Shown here: positions 11,351 through 27,000 of the stretch, in pieces | Layout of the letters: each line of letters opens with the position of its first letter | How positions within the stretch are numbered: the first letter of the stretch is position 1 | DNA from: Eledone cirrhosa | Taxonomy: Eukaryota | Assembly (NCBI GenBank): GCA_964016885.1 | Contig: OZ024741.1 | Location: forward strand, 27,218,001 to 27,282,000 | Direction: 5' to 3' | Length of the DNA stretch: 64,000 nt | The notes under the pieces: model-generated | Told to the model about the DNA's origin: nothing | What the model saw: only the letters and a program-made list of their open reading frames with translations | Database searches by the model: none | Position numbers and translations under genes: made by a program

Positions 11351-11619
11351 TAAGTCACTAATGCTAGATAAACAGCATCACCTTTATGTTTATAATATTT
11401 TAGCTTCATTATATAATATATAAATCACAATGGGCATAAAATGATGATGTTGGTGATGGTGATGATGATGATGATGATGATGGTGGTGACAAGCATGATG
11501 ATGATAATGATGATGATGGTGGTGAGGATGAAGATGGTGGTGATGAAGATGCATGTGTGTGTGTGTGTCTCAAAGGCAATGACTGAGTCATGACTAACAC
11601 AAATCAATACGAGACAATA

Positions 11620-12018
11620 GCTATAGAGGTAGTTAGAGTAAGAGACAAAATCATCAAGCTTAGAATAGCTATAGGAAATAGACTGGTGACAATTACATCT
11701 ACCTAGGCCCTGCAGGCAGGACTAAGTAAAGACTAAAAGGACAGTTCCTATGAGGAACCTTTACAGACAACTTCAGGTACTGATAAAAGAGACCTCATCA
11801 TCCTAGCAAGTGACTTCAATGGACATGTGGGACAGTACTGGGATGGTTTCACTGGAGTTCACAGCAGCTATGGTTATGGCTCAAGAAATGATGAGAGACT
11901 GAGACTCCTGGAATTCTGTGATGTGAATGAACTAACAATTTGCAACACAAATTTCAAGAAACCGGCCAGCCATGTGATCTCATATCAATCAAGTGAACAC
12001 ACAAGCCAAATTGATTAT
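11620..12018 (+). pseudogene. Old RTE LINE, AP endonuclease part (left of the array)
   Basis: ASDFNGHVG, YGYGSRNDE, LLEFCD.NELTICNTNFKK, SQIDY align with about 47900-48300; contains stop codons. Confidence 0.9.
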
Positions 12019-15000
12019 TTACTCATAAGACAAGATAAACAGACTGTAATAAACACTAAGACTTTCCCTGTTACTCATAAGACAACAAGATAAACAGACT
12101 GTAATAAACACTAAGACCTCCCCTGTTACTCATAAGACAAGATAAACAGACTGTAATAAACACTAAGACCTTCCCTGTTACTCATAAGACAACAAGATAA
12201 ACAGACTGTAATAAACACTAAGACCTCCCCTGTTACTCATAAGACAAGATAAACAGACTGTAATAAACACTAAGACCTTCCCTGTTACTCATAAGACAAG
12301 ATAAACAGACTGTAATAAACACTAAGACCTCCCCTGTTACTCATAAGACAAGATAAACAGACTGTAATAAACACTAAGACCTTCCCTGTTACTCATAAGA
12401 CAAGATAAACAGACTGTAATAAACACTAAGACCTCCCCTGTTACTCATAAGACAAGATAAACAGACTGTAATAAACACTAAGACCTTCCCTGTTACTCAT
12501 AAGACAAGATAAACAGACTGTAATAAACACTAAGACCTTCCCTGTTACTCATAAGACAAGATAAACAGACTGTAATAAACACTAAGACCTTCCCTGTTAC
12601 TCATAAGACAACAAGATAAACAGACTGTAATAAACACTAAGACCTTCCCTGTTACTCATAAGACAAGATAAACAGACTGTAATAAACACTAAGACCTTCC
12701 CTGTTACTCATAAGACAACAAGATAAACAGACTGTAATAAACACTAAGACCTTCCCTGTTACTCATAAGACAAGATAAACAGACTGTAATAAACACTAAG
12801 ACCTTCCCTGTTACTCATAAGACAACAAGATAAACAGACTGTAATAAACACTAAGACCTTCCCTGTTACTCATAAGACAACAAGATAAACAGACTGTAAT
12901 AAACACTAAGACCTTCCCTGTTACTCATAAGACAACAAGATAAACAGACTGTAATAAACACTAAGACCTTCCCTGTTACTCATAAGACAAGATAAACAGA
13001 CTGTAATAAACACTAAGACCTCCCCTGTTACTCATAAGACAAGATAAACAGACTGTAATAAACACTAAGACCTTCCCTGTTACTCATAAGACAACAAGAT
13101 AAACAGACTGTAATAAACACTAAGACCTTCCCTGTTACTCATAAGACAACAAGATAAACAGACTGTAATAAACACTAAGACCTTCCCTGTTACTCATAAG
13201 ACAAGATAAGCAGACTGTAATAAACACTAAGACCTTCCCTGTTACTCATAAGACAACAAGATAAACAGACTGTAATAAACACTAAGACCTTCCCTGTTAC
13301 TCATAAGACAACAAGATAAACAGACTGTAATAAACACTAAGACCTCCCCTGTTACTCATAAGACAACAAGATAAACAGACTGTAATAAACACTAAGACCT
13401 TCCCTGTTACTCATAAGACAACAAGATAAACAGACTGTAATAAACACTAAGACCTCCCCTGTTACTCATAAGACAACAAGATAAACAGACTGTAATAAAC
13501 ACTAAGACCTTCCCTGTTACTCATAAGACAACAAGATAAACAGACTGTAATAAACACTAAGACCTCCCCTGTTACTCATAAGACAACAAGATAAACAGAC
13601 TGTAATAAACACTAAGACCTCCCCTGTTACTCATAAGACAACAAGATAAACAGACTGTAATAAACACTAAGATCTCCCCTGTTACTCATAAGACAACAAG
13701 ATAAACAGACTGTAATAAACACTAAGACCTTCCCTGTTACTCATAAGACAACAAGATAAACAGACTGTAATAAACACTAAGACCTCCCCTGTTACTCATA
13801 AGACAACAAGATAAACAGACTGTAATAAACACTAAGACCTCCCCTGTTACTCATAAGACAACAAGATAAATAGACTGTAATAAACACTAAGACCTTCCCT
13901 GTTACTCATAAGACAAGATAAACAGACTGTAATAAACACTAAGACCTCCCCTGTTACTCATAAGACAACAAGATAAACAGACTGTAATAAACACTAAGAC
14001 CTTCCCTGTTACTCATAAGACAACAAGATAAACAGACTGTAATAAACACTAAGACCTCCCCTGTTACTCATAAGACAACAAGATAAACAGACTGTAATAA
14101 ACACTAAGACCTTCCCTGTTACTCATAAGACAACAAGATAAACAGACTGTAATAAACACTAAGACCTCCCCTGTTACTCATAAGACAACAAGATAAACAG
14201 ACTGTAATAAACACTAAGACCTCCCCTGTTACTCATAAGACAACAAGATAAACAGACTGTAATAAACACTAAGACCTCCCCTGTTACTCATAAGACAACA
14301 AGATAAACAGACTGTAATAAACACTAAGACCTCCCCTGTTACTCATAAGACAAGATAAACAGACTGTAATAAACACTAAGACCTTCCCTGTTACTCATAA
14401 GACAACAAGATAAACAGACTGTAATAAACACTAAGACCTTCCCTGTTACTCATAAGACAAGATAAACAGACTGTAATAAACACTAAGACCTTCCCTGTTA
14501 CTCATAAGACAAGATAAACAGACTGTAATAAACACTAAGACCTCCCCTGTTACTCATAAGACAAGATAAACAGACTGTAATAAACACTAAGACCTTCCCT
14601 GTTACTCATAAGACAACAAGATAAACAGACTGTAATAAACACTAAGACCTCCCCTGTTACTCATAAGACAACAAGATAAACAGACTGTAATAAACACTAA
14701 GACCTTCCCTGTTACTCATAAGACAAGATAAACAGACTGCAATAAACACTAAGACCTCCCCTGTTACTCATAAGACAACAAGATAAACAGACTGTAATAA
14801 ACACTAAGACCTTCCCTGTTACTCATAAGACAACAAGATAAACAGACTGTAATAAACACTAAGACCTCCCCTGTTACTCATAAGACAACAAGATAAACAG
14901 ACTGTAATAAACACTAAGACCTTCCCTGTTACTCATAAGACAAGATAAACAGACTGTAATAAACACTAAGACCTCCCCTGTTACTCATAAGACAACAAGA

Positions 15001-18000
15001 TAAACAGACTGTAATAAACACTAAGACCTTCCCTGTTACTCATAAGACAACAAGATAAACAGACTGTAATAAACACTAAGACCTCCCCTGTTACTCATAA
15101 GACAACAAGATAAACAGACTGTAATAAACACTAAGACCTCCCCTGTTACTCATAAGACAAGATAAACAGACTGTAATAAACACTAAGACCTTCCCTGTTA
15201 CTCATAAGACAACAAGATAAACAGACTGTAATAAACACTAAGACCTTCCCTGTTACTCATAAGACAAGATAAACAGACTGTAATAAACACTAAGACCTTC
15301 CCTGTTACTCATAAGACAAGATAAACAGACTGTAATAAACACTAAGACCTCCCCTGTTACTCATAAGACAAGATAAACAGACTGTAATAAACACTAAGAC
15401 CTTCCCTGTTACTCATAAGACAACAAGATAAACAGACTGTAATAAACACTAAGACCTTCCCTGTTACTCATAAGACAACAAGATAAACAGACTGTAATAA
15501 ACACTAAGACCTTCCCTGTTACTCATAAGACAAGATAAACAGACTGTAATAAACACTAAGACCTTCCCTGTTACTCATAAGACAACAAGATAAACAGACT
15601 GTAATAAACACTAAGACCTTCCCTGTTACTCATAAGACAAGATAAACAGACTGTAATAAACACTAAGACCTCCCCTGTTACTCATAAGACAACAAGATAA
15701 ACAGACTGTAATAAACACTAAGACCTTCCCTGTTACTCATAAGACAAGATAAACAGACTGTAATAAACACTAAGACCTTCCCTGTTACTCATAAGACAAG
15801 ATAAACAGACTGTAATAAACACTAAGACCTCCCCTGTTACTCATAAGACAACAAGATAAACAGACTGTAATAAACACTAAGACCTCCCCTGTTACTCATA
15901 AGACAACAAGATAAACAGACTGTAATAAACACTAAGACCTTCCCTGTTACTCATAAGACAACAAGATAAACAGACTGTAATAAACACTAAGACCTTCCCT
16001 GTTACTCATAAGACAACAAGATAAACAGACTGTAATAAACACTAAGACCTCCCCTGTTACTCATAAGACAAGATAAACAGACTGTAATAAACACTAAGAC
16101 CTCCCCTGTTACTCATAAGACAAGATAAACAGACTGTAATAAACACTAAGACCTCCCCTGTTACTCATAAGACAACAAGATAAACAGACTGTAATAAACA
16201 CTAAGACCTTCCCTGTTACTCATAAGACAAGATAAACAGACTGTAATAAACACTAAGACCTTCCCTGTTACTCATAAGACAACAAGATAAACAGACTGTA
16301 ATAAACACTAAGACCTCCCCTGTTACTCATAAGACAAGATAAACAGACTGTAATAAACACTAAGACCTTCCCTGTTACTCATAAGACAACAAGATAAACA
16401 GACTGTAATAAACACTAAGACCTTCCCTGTTACTCATAAGACAAGATAAACAGACTGTAATAAACACTAAGACCTCCCTGTTACTCATAAGACAACAAGA
16501 TAAACAGACTGTAATAAACACTAAGACCTTCCCTGTTACTCATAAGACAACAGATAAACAGACTGTAATAAACACTAAGACCTTCCCTGTTACTCATAAG
16601 ACAACAAGATAAACAGACTGTAATAAACACTAAGACCTCCCCTGTTACTCATAAGACAACAAGATAAACAGACTGTAATAAACACTAAGACCTTCCCTGT
16701 TACTCATAAGACAACAAGATAAACAGACTGTAATAAACACTAAGACCTTCCCTGTTACTCATAAGACAACAAGATAAACAGACTGTAATAAACACTAAGA
16801 CCTCCCCTGTTACTCATAAGACAACAAGATAAACAGACTGTAATAAACACTAAGACCTTCCCTGTTACTCATAAGACAAGATAAACAGACTGTAATGTTA
16901 CTCATAAGACAACAAGATAAACAGACTGTAATAAACACTAAGACCTCCCCTGTTACTCATAAGACAACAAGATAAACAGACTGTAATAAACACTAAGACC
17001 TTCCCTGTTACTCATAAGACAACAAGATAAACAGACTGTAATAAACACTAAGACCTCCCCTGTTACTCATAAGACAACAAGATAAACAGACTGTAATAAA
17101 CACTAAGACCTCCCCTGTTACTCATAAGACAACAAGATAAACAGACTGTAATAAACACTAAGACCTCCCCTGTTACTCATAAGACAACAAGATAAACAGA
17201 CTGTAATAAACACTAAGACCTTCCCTGTTACTCATAAGACAACAAGATAAACAGACTGTAATAAACACTAAGACCTCCCCTGTTACTCATAAGACAACAA
17301 GATAAACAGACTGTAATAAACACTAAGACCTCCCCTGTTACTCATAAGACAAGATAAACAGACTGTAATAAACACTAAGACCTTCCCTGTTACTCATAAG
17401 ACAACAAGATAAACAGACTGTAATAAACACTAAGACCTTCCCTGTTACTCATAAGACAAGATAAACAGACTGTAATAAACACTAAGACCTTCCCTGTTAC
17501 TCATAAGACAAGATAAACAGACTGTAATAAACACTAAGACCTCCCCTGTTACTCATAAGACAAGATAAACAGACTGTAATAAACACTAAGACCTTCCCTG
17601 TTACTCATAAGACAACAAGATAAACAGACTGTAATAAACACTAAGACCTCCCCTGTTACTCATAAGACAACAAGATAAACAGACTGTAATAAACACTAAG
17701 ACCTTCCCTGTTACTCATAAGACAAGATAAACAGACTGCAATAAACACTAAGACCTCCCCTGTTACTCATAAGACAACAAGATAAACAGACTGTAATAAA
17801 CACTAAGACCTTCCCTGTTACTCATAAGACAACAAGATAAACAGACTGTAATAAACACTAAGACCTCCCCTGTTACTCATAAGACAACAAGATAAACAGA
17901 CTGTAATAAACACTAAGACCTTCCCTGTTACTCATAAGACAAGATAAACAGACTGTAATAAACACTAAGACCTCCCCTGTTACTCATAAGACAACAAGAT

Positions 18001-21000
18001 AAACAGACTGTAATAAACACTAAGACCTTCCCTGTTACTCATAAGACAACAAGATAAACAGACTGTAATAAACACTAAGACCTCCCCTGTTACTCATAAG
18101 ACAACAAGATAAACAGACTGTAATAAACACTAAGACCTCCCCTGTTACTCATAAGACAAGATAAACAGACTGTAATAAACACTAAGACCTTCCCTGTTAC
18201 TCATAAGACAACAAGATAAACAGACTGTAATAAACACTAAGACCTTCCCTGTTACTCATAAGACAAGATAAACAGACTGTAATAAACACTAAGACCTTCC
18301 CTGTTACTCATAAGACAAGATAAACAGACTGTAATAAACACTAAGACCTCCCCTGTTACTCATAAGACAAGATAAACAGACTGTAATAAACACTAAGACC
18401 TTCCCTGTTACTCATAAGACAACAAGATAAACAGACTGTAATAAACACTAAGACCTTCCCTGTTACTCATAAGACAACAAGATAAACAGACTGTAATAAA
18501 CACTAATACCTTCCCTGTTACTCATAAGACAAGATAAACAGACTGTAATAAACACTAAGACCTTCCCTGTTACTCATAAGACAACAAGATAAACAGACTG
18601 TAATAAACACTAAGACCTTCCCTGTTACTCATAAGACAAGATAAACAGACTGTAATAAACACTAAGACCTCCCCTGTTACTCATAAGACAACAAGATAAA
18701 CAGACTGTAATAAACACTAAGACCTTCCCTGTTACTCATAAGACAAGATAAACAGACTGTAATAAACACTAAGACCTTCCCTGTTACTCATAAGACAAGA
18801 TAAACAGACTGTAATAAACACTAAGACCTCCCCTGTTACTCATAAGACAACAAGATAAACAGACTGTAATAAACACTAAGACCTCCCCTGTTACTCATAA
18901 GACAACAAGATAAACAGACTGTAATAAACACTAAGACCTTCCCTGTTACTCATAAGACAACAAGATAAACAGACTGTAATAAACACTAAGACCTTCCCTG
19001 TTACTCATAAGACAACAAGATAAACAGACTGTAATAAACACTAAGACCTCCCCTGTTACTCATAAGACAAGATAAACAGACTGTAATAAACACTAAGACC
19101 TCCCCTGTTACTCATAAGACAAGATAAACAGACTGTAATAAACACTAAGACCTCCCCTGTTACTCATAAGACAACAAGATAAACAGACTGTAATAAACAC
19201 TAAGACCTTCCCTGTTACTCATAAGACAAGATAAACAGACTGTAATAAACACTAAGACCTTCCCTGTTACTCATAAGACCACAAGATAAACAGACTGTAA
19301 TAAACACTAAGACCTCCCCTGTTACTCATAAGACAAGATAAACAGACTGTAATAAACACTGAGACCTTCCCTGTTACTCATAAGACAAGATAAACAGACT
19401 GTAATAAACACTAAGACCTTCCCTGTTACTCATAAGACAAGATAAACAGACAGTAATAAACACTAAGACCTCCCCTGTTACTCATAAGACAACAAGATAA
19501 ACAGACTGTAATAAACACTAAGACCTTCCCTGTTACTCATAAGACAACAAGATAAACAGACTGTAATAAACACTAAGACCTCCCCTGTTACTCATAAGAC
19601 AACAAGATAAACAGACTGTAATAAACACTAAGACCTCCCCTGTTACTCATAAGACAAGATAAACAGACTGTAATAAACACTAAGACCTTCCCTGTTACTC
19701 ATAAGACAACAAGATAAACAGACTGTAATAAACACTAAGACCTTCCCTGTTACTCATAAGACAAGATAAACAGACTGTAATAAACACTAAGACCTTCCCT
19801 GTTACTCATAAGACAAGATAAACAGACTGTAATAAACACTAAGACCTCCCCTGTTACTCATAAGACAAGATAAACAGACTGTAATAAACACTAAGACCTT
19901 CCCTGTTACTCATAAGACAACAAGATAAACAGACTGTAATAAACACTAAGACCTCCCCTGTTACTCATAAGACAACAAGACAAACAGACTGTAATAAACA
20001 CTAAGACCTTCCCTGTTACTCATAAGACAAGATAAACAGACTGTAATAAACACTAAGACCTCCCCTGTTACTCATAAGACAACAAGATAAACAGACTGTA
20101 ATAAACACTAAGACCTTCCCTGTTACTCATAAGACAACAAGATAAACAGACTGTAATAAACACTAAGACCTCCCCTGTTACTCATAAGACAACAAGATAA
20201 ACAGACTGTAATAAACACTAAGACCTTCCCTGTTACTCATAAGACAAGATAAACAGACTGTAATAAACACTAAGACCTCCCTGTTACTCATAAGACAAGA
20301 TAAACAGACTGTAATAAACACTAAGACCTTCCCTGTTACTCATAAGACAACAAGATAAACAGACTGTAATAAACACTAAGACCTCCCCTGTTACTCATAA
20401 GACAACAAGATAAACAGACTGTAATAAACACTAAGACCTTCCCTGTTACTCATAAGACAAGATAAACAGACTGTAATAAACACTAAGACCTCCCCTGTTA
20501 CTCATAAGACAACAAGATAAACAGACTGTAATAAACACTAAGACCTTCCCTGTTACTCATAAGACAACAAGATAAACAGACTGTAATAAACACTAAGACC
20601 TCCCCTGTTACTCATAAGACAACAAGATAAACAGACTGTAATAAACACTAAGACCTCCCCTGTTACTCATAAGACAAGATAAACAGACTGTAATAAACAC
20701 TAAGACCTTCCCTGTTACTCATAAGACAACAAGATAAACAGACTGTAATAAACACTAAGACCTTCCCTGTTACTCATAAGACAAGATAAACAGACTGTAA
20801 TAAACACTAAGACCTTCCCTGTTACTCATAAGACAAGATAAACAGACTGTAATAAACACTAAGACCTCCCCTGTTACTCATAAGACAAGATAAACAGACT
20901 GTAATAAACACTAAGACCTTCCCTGTTACTCATAAGACAACAAGATAAACAGACTGTAATAAACACTAAGACCTTCCCTGTTACTCATAAGACAACAAGA

Positions 21001-24000
21001 TAAACAGACTGTAATAAACACTAATACCTTCCCTGTTACTCATAAGACAAGATAAACAGACTGTAATAAACACTAAGACCTTCCCTGTTACTCATAAGAC
21101 AACAAGATAAACAGACTGTAATAAACACTAAGACCTTCCCTGTTACTCATAAGACAAGATAAACAGACTGTAATAAACACTAAGACCTCCCCTGTTACTC
21201 ATAAGACAACAAGATAAACAGACTGTAATAAACACTAAGACCTTCCCTGTTACTCATAAGACAAGATAAACAGACTGTAATAAACACTAAGACCTTCCCT
21301 GTTACTCATAAGACAAGATAAACAGACTGTAATAAACACTAAGACCTCCCCTGTTACTCATAAGACAACAAGATAAACAGACTGTAATAAACACTAAGAC
21401 CTCCCCTGTTACTCATAAGACAACAAGATAAACAGACTGTAATAAACACTAAGACCTTCCCTGTTACTCATAAGACAACAAGATAAACAGACTGTAATAA
21501 ACACTAAGACCTTCCCCTGTTACTCATAAGACAACAAGATAAACAGACTGTAATAAACACTAAGACCTCCCCTGTTACTCATAAGACAAGATAAACAGAC
21601 TGTAATAAACACTAAGACCTCCCCTGTTACTCATAAGACAAGATAAACAGACTGTAATAAACACTAAGACCTCCCCTGTTACTCATAAGACAACAAGATA
21701 AACAGACTGTAATAAACACTAAGACCTTCCCTGTTACTCATAAGACAAGATAAACAGACTGTAATAAACACTAAGACCTTCCCTGTTACTCATAAGACCA
21801 CAAGATAAACAGACTGTAATAACACTAAGACCTCCCTACCAACTAAGACCTCCCTGTTACTCAAAGACAAGATAAACAGACTGTAATAAACACTGAGACC
21901 TTCCCCTGTTACTCATAAGACAAGATAAACAGACTGTAATAAACACTAAGACCTTCCCTGTTACTCATAAGACAAGATAAACAGACAGTAATAAACACTA
22001 AGACCTCCCCTGTTACTCATAAGACAACAAGATAAACAGACTGTAATAAACACTAAGACCTTCCCTGTTACTCATAAGACAACAAGATAAACAGACTGTA
22101 ATAAACACTAAGACCTCCCCTGTTACTCATAAGACAACAAGATAAACAGACTGTAATAAACACTAAGACCAAGATAAACAGACTGTAATAAACACTAAGA
22201 CCTTCCCTGTTACTCATAAGACAACAAGATAAACAGACTGTAATAAACACTAAGACCTTCCCTGTTACTCATAAGACAAGATAAACAGACTGTAATAAAC
22301 ACTAAGACCTTCCCTGTTACTCATAAGACAAGATAAACAGACTGTAATAAACACTAAGACCTCCCCTGTTACTCATAAGACAAGATAAACAGACTGTAAT
22401 AAACACTAAGACCTTCCCTGTTAACTCATAAGACAACAAGATAAACAGACTGTAATAAACACTAAGACCTCCCTGTTACTCATAAGACAACAAGATAAAC
22501 AGACTGTAATAAACACTAAGACCTTCCCTGTTACTCATAAGACAAGATAAACAGACTGTAATAAACACTAAGACCTCCCCTGTTACTCATAAGACAAAGA
22601 TAAACAGACTGTAATAAACACTAAGACCTTCCCCTGTTACTCATAAGACAACAAGATAAACAGACTGTAATAAACACTAAGACCTCCCTGTTACTCATAA
22701 GACAACAAGATAAACAGACTGTAATAAACACTAAGACCTTCCCTGTTACTCATAAGACAAGATAAACAGACTGTAATAAACACTAAGACCTCCCTGTTAC
22801 TCATAAGACAAGATAAACAGACTGTAATAAACACTAAGACCTTCCCTGTTACTCATAAGACACAAGATAAACAGACTGTAATAAACACTAAGACCTCCCC
22901 TGTTACTCATAAGACAACAAGATAAACAGACTGTAATAAACACTAAGACCTTCCCTGTTACTCATAAGACAAGATAAACAGACTGTAATAAACACTAAGA
23001 CCTTCCCCTGTTACTCATAAGACAACAAGATAAACAGACTGTAATAAACACTAAGACCTTCCCTGTTACTCATAAGACAAGATAAACAGACTGTAATAAA
23101 CACTAAGACCTTCCCTGTTACTCATAAGACACAAGATAAACAGACTGTAATAAACACTAAGACCTCCCCTGTTACTCATAAGACAAGATAAACAGACTGT
23201 AATAAACACTAAGACCTTCCCTGTTACTCATAAGACAAGATAAACAGACTGTAATAAACACTAAGACCTTCCCTGTTACTCATAAGACAACAAGATAAAC
23301 AGACTGTAATAAACACTAAGACCTTCCCTGTTACTCATAAGACAAGATAAACAGACTGTAATAAACACTAAGACCTTCCCTGTTACTCATAAGACAAGAT
23401 AAACAGACTGTAATAAACACTAAGACCTTCCCTGTTACTCATAAGACAAGATAAACAGACTGTAATAAACACTAAGACCTCCCTGTTACTCATAAGACAA
23501 CAGATAAACAGACTGTAATAAACACTAAGACCTTCCCTGTTACTCATAAGACAAGATAAACAGACTGTAATAAACACTAAGACCTCCCCTGTTACTCATA
23601 AGACACAAGATAAACAGACTGTAATAAACACTAAGACCTTCCCCTGTTACTCATAAGACAACAAGATAAACAGACTGTAATAAACACTAAGACCTCCCTG
23701 TTACTCATAAGACAACAAGATAAACAGACTGTAATAAACACTAAGACCTCCCCTGTTACTCATAAGACAAAGATAAACAGACTGTAATAAACACTAAGAC
23801 CTTCCCTGTTACTCATAAGACAACAAGATAAACAGACTGTAATAAACACTAAGACCTCCCTGTTACTCATAAGACAAGATAAACAGACTGTAATAAACAC
23901 TAAGACCTTCCCTGTTACTCATAAGACAAGATAAACAGACTGTAATAAACACTAAGACCTCCCCTGTTACTCATAAGACAACAAGATAAACAGACTGTAA

Positions 24001-27000
24001 TAAACACTAAGACCTTCCCTGTTACTCATAAGACAACAAGATAAACAGACTGTAATAAACACTAAGACCTTCCCTGTTACTCATAAGACAACAAGATAAA
24101 CAGACTGTAATAAACACTAAGACCTCCCCTGTTACTCATAAGACAAAATAAACAGACTGTAATAAACACTAAGACCTTCCTGTTACTCATAAGACAAGAT
24201 AAACAGACTGTAATAAACACTAAGACCTTCCCTGTTACTCATAAGACAAGATAAANNNNNNNNNNNNNNNNNNNNNNNNNNNNNNNNNNNNNNNNNNNNN
24301 NNNNNNNNNNNNNNNNNNNNNNNNNNNNNNNNNNNNNNNNNNNNNNNNNNNNNNNNNNNNNNNNNNNNNNNNNNNNNNNNNNNNNNNNNNNNNNNNNNNN
24401 NNNNNNNNNNNNNNNNNNNNNNNNNNNNNNNNNNNNNNNNNNNNNNNNNNNNNNNAGACAAGATAAACAGACTGTAATAAACACTAAGACCTCCCCTGTT
24501 ACTCATAAGACAAGATAAACAGACTGTAATAAACACTAAGACCTCCCCTGTTACTCATAAGACAAGATAAACAGACTGTAATAAACACTAAGACCTTCCC
24601 TGTTACTCATAAGACAACAAGATAAACAGACTGTAATAAACACTAAGACCTTCCCTGTTACTCATAAGACAAGATAAACAGACTGTAATAAACACTAAGA
24701 CCTTCCCTGTTACTCATAAGACAACAAGATAAACAGACTGTAATAAACACTAAGACCTCCCTGTTACTCATAAGACAAGATAAACAGACTGTAATAAACA
24801 CTAAGACCTTCCCTGTTACTCATAAGACAACAAGATAAACAGACTGTAATAAACACTAAGACCTTCCCTGTTACTCATAAGACAAGATAAACAGACTGTA
24901 ATAAACACTAAGACCTTCCCTGTTACTCATAAGACAACAAGATAAACAGACTGTAATAAACACTAAGACCTTCCCTGTTACTCATAAGACAACAAGATAA
25001 ACAGACTGTAATAAACACTAAGACCTTCCCTGTTACTCATAAGACAAGATAAACAGACTGTAATAAACACTAAGACCTTCCCTGTTACTCATAAGACAAC
25101 AAGATAAACAGACTGTAATAAACACTAAGACCTTCCCTGTTACTCATAAGACAAGATAAACAGACTGTAATAAACACTAAGACCTCCCTGTTACTCATAA
25201 GACAACAAGATAAACAGACTGTAATAAACACTAAGACCTTCCCTGTTACTCATAAGACAAGATAAACAGACTGTAATAAACACTAAGACCTTCCCTGTTA
25301 CTCATAAGACAAGATAAACAGACTGTAATAAACACTAAGACCTCCCCTGTTACTCATAAGACAACAAGATAAACAGACTGTAATAAACACTAAGACCTCC
25401 CCTGTTACTCATAAGACAACAAGATAAACAGACTGTAATAAACACTAAGACCTCCCTGTTACTCATAAGACAAGATAAACAGACTGTAATAAACACTAAG
25501 ACCTTCCCTGTTACTCATAAGACAACAAGATAAACAGACTGTAATAAACACTAAGACCTCCCCTGTTACTCATAAGACAAGATAAACAGACTGTAATAAA
25601 CACTAAGACCTTCCCTGTTACTCATAAGACAAGATAAACAGACTGTAATAAACACTAAGACCTCCCCTGTTACTCATAAGACAACAAGATAAACAGACTG
25701 TAATAAACACTAAGACCTTCCCTGTTACTCATAAGACAACAAGATAAACAGACTGTAATAAACACTAAGACCTTCCCTGTTACTCATAAGACAACAAGAT
25801 AAACAGACTGTAATAAACACTAAGACCTCCCCTGTTACTCATAAGACAAAGATAAACAGACTGTAATAAACACTAAGACCTTCCCTGTTACTCATAAGAC
25901 AAGATAAACAGACTGTAATAAACACTAAGACCTTCCCTGTTACTCATAAGACAAGATAAACAGACTGTAATAAACACTAAGACCTCCCCTGTTACTCATA
26001 AGACAACAAGATAAACAGACTGTAATAAACACTAAGACCTTCCCTGTTACTCATAAGACAACAAGATAAACAGACTGTAATAAACACTAAGACCTTCCCT
26101 GTTACTCATAAGACAACAAGATAAACAGACTGTAATAAACACTAAGACCTCCCCTGTTACTCATAAGACAAGATAAACAGACTGTAATAAACACTAAGAC
26201 CTTCCCTGTTACTCATAAGACAAGATAAACAGACTGTAATAAACACTAAGACCTTCCCTGTTACTCATAAGACAAGATAAACAGACTGTAATAAACACTA
26301 AGACCTCCCCTGTTACTCATAAGACAACAAGATAAACAGACTGTAATAAACACTAAGACCTTCCCTGTTACTCATAAGACAAGATAAACAGACTGTAATA
26401 AACACTAAGACCTTCCCTGTTACTCATAAGACAAGATAAACAGACTGTAATAAACACTAAGACCTTCCCTGTTACTCATAAGACAACAAGATAAACAGAC
26501 TGTAATAAACACTAAGACCTCCCCTGTTACTCATAAGACAACAAGATAAACAGACTGTAATAAACACTAAGACCTCCCTGTTACTCATAAGACAACAAGA
26601 TAAACAGACTGTAATAAACACTAAGACCTTCCCTGTTACTCATAAGACAACAAGATAAACAGACTGTAATAAACACTAAGACCTTCCCTGTTACTCATAA
26701 GACAAGATAAACAGACTGTAATAAACACTAAGACCTCCCCTGTTACTCATAAGACAAGATAAACAGACTGTAATAAACACTAAGACCTCCCTGTTACTCA
26801 TAAGACAACAAGATAAACAGACTGTAATAAACACTAAGACCTCCCCTGTTACTCATAAGACAACAAGATAAACAGACTGTAATAAACACTAAGACCTTCC
26901 CTGTTACTCATAAGACAAGATAAACAGACTGTAATAAACACTAAGACCTCCCTGTTACTCATAAGACAACAAGATAAACAGACTGTAATAAACACTAAGA

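Noticed and set aside
22068-24536. Short minus-strand ORFs in the array
   Set aside because: Produced by indels near the gap (likely consensus errors) and by the N run
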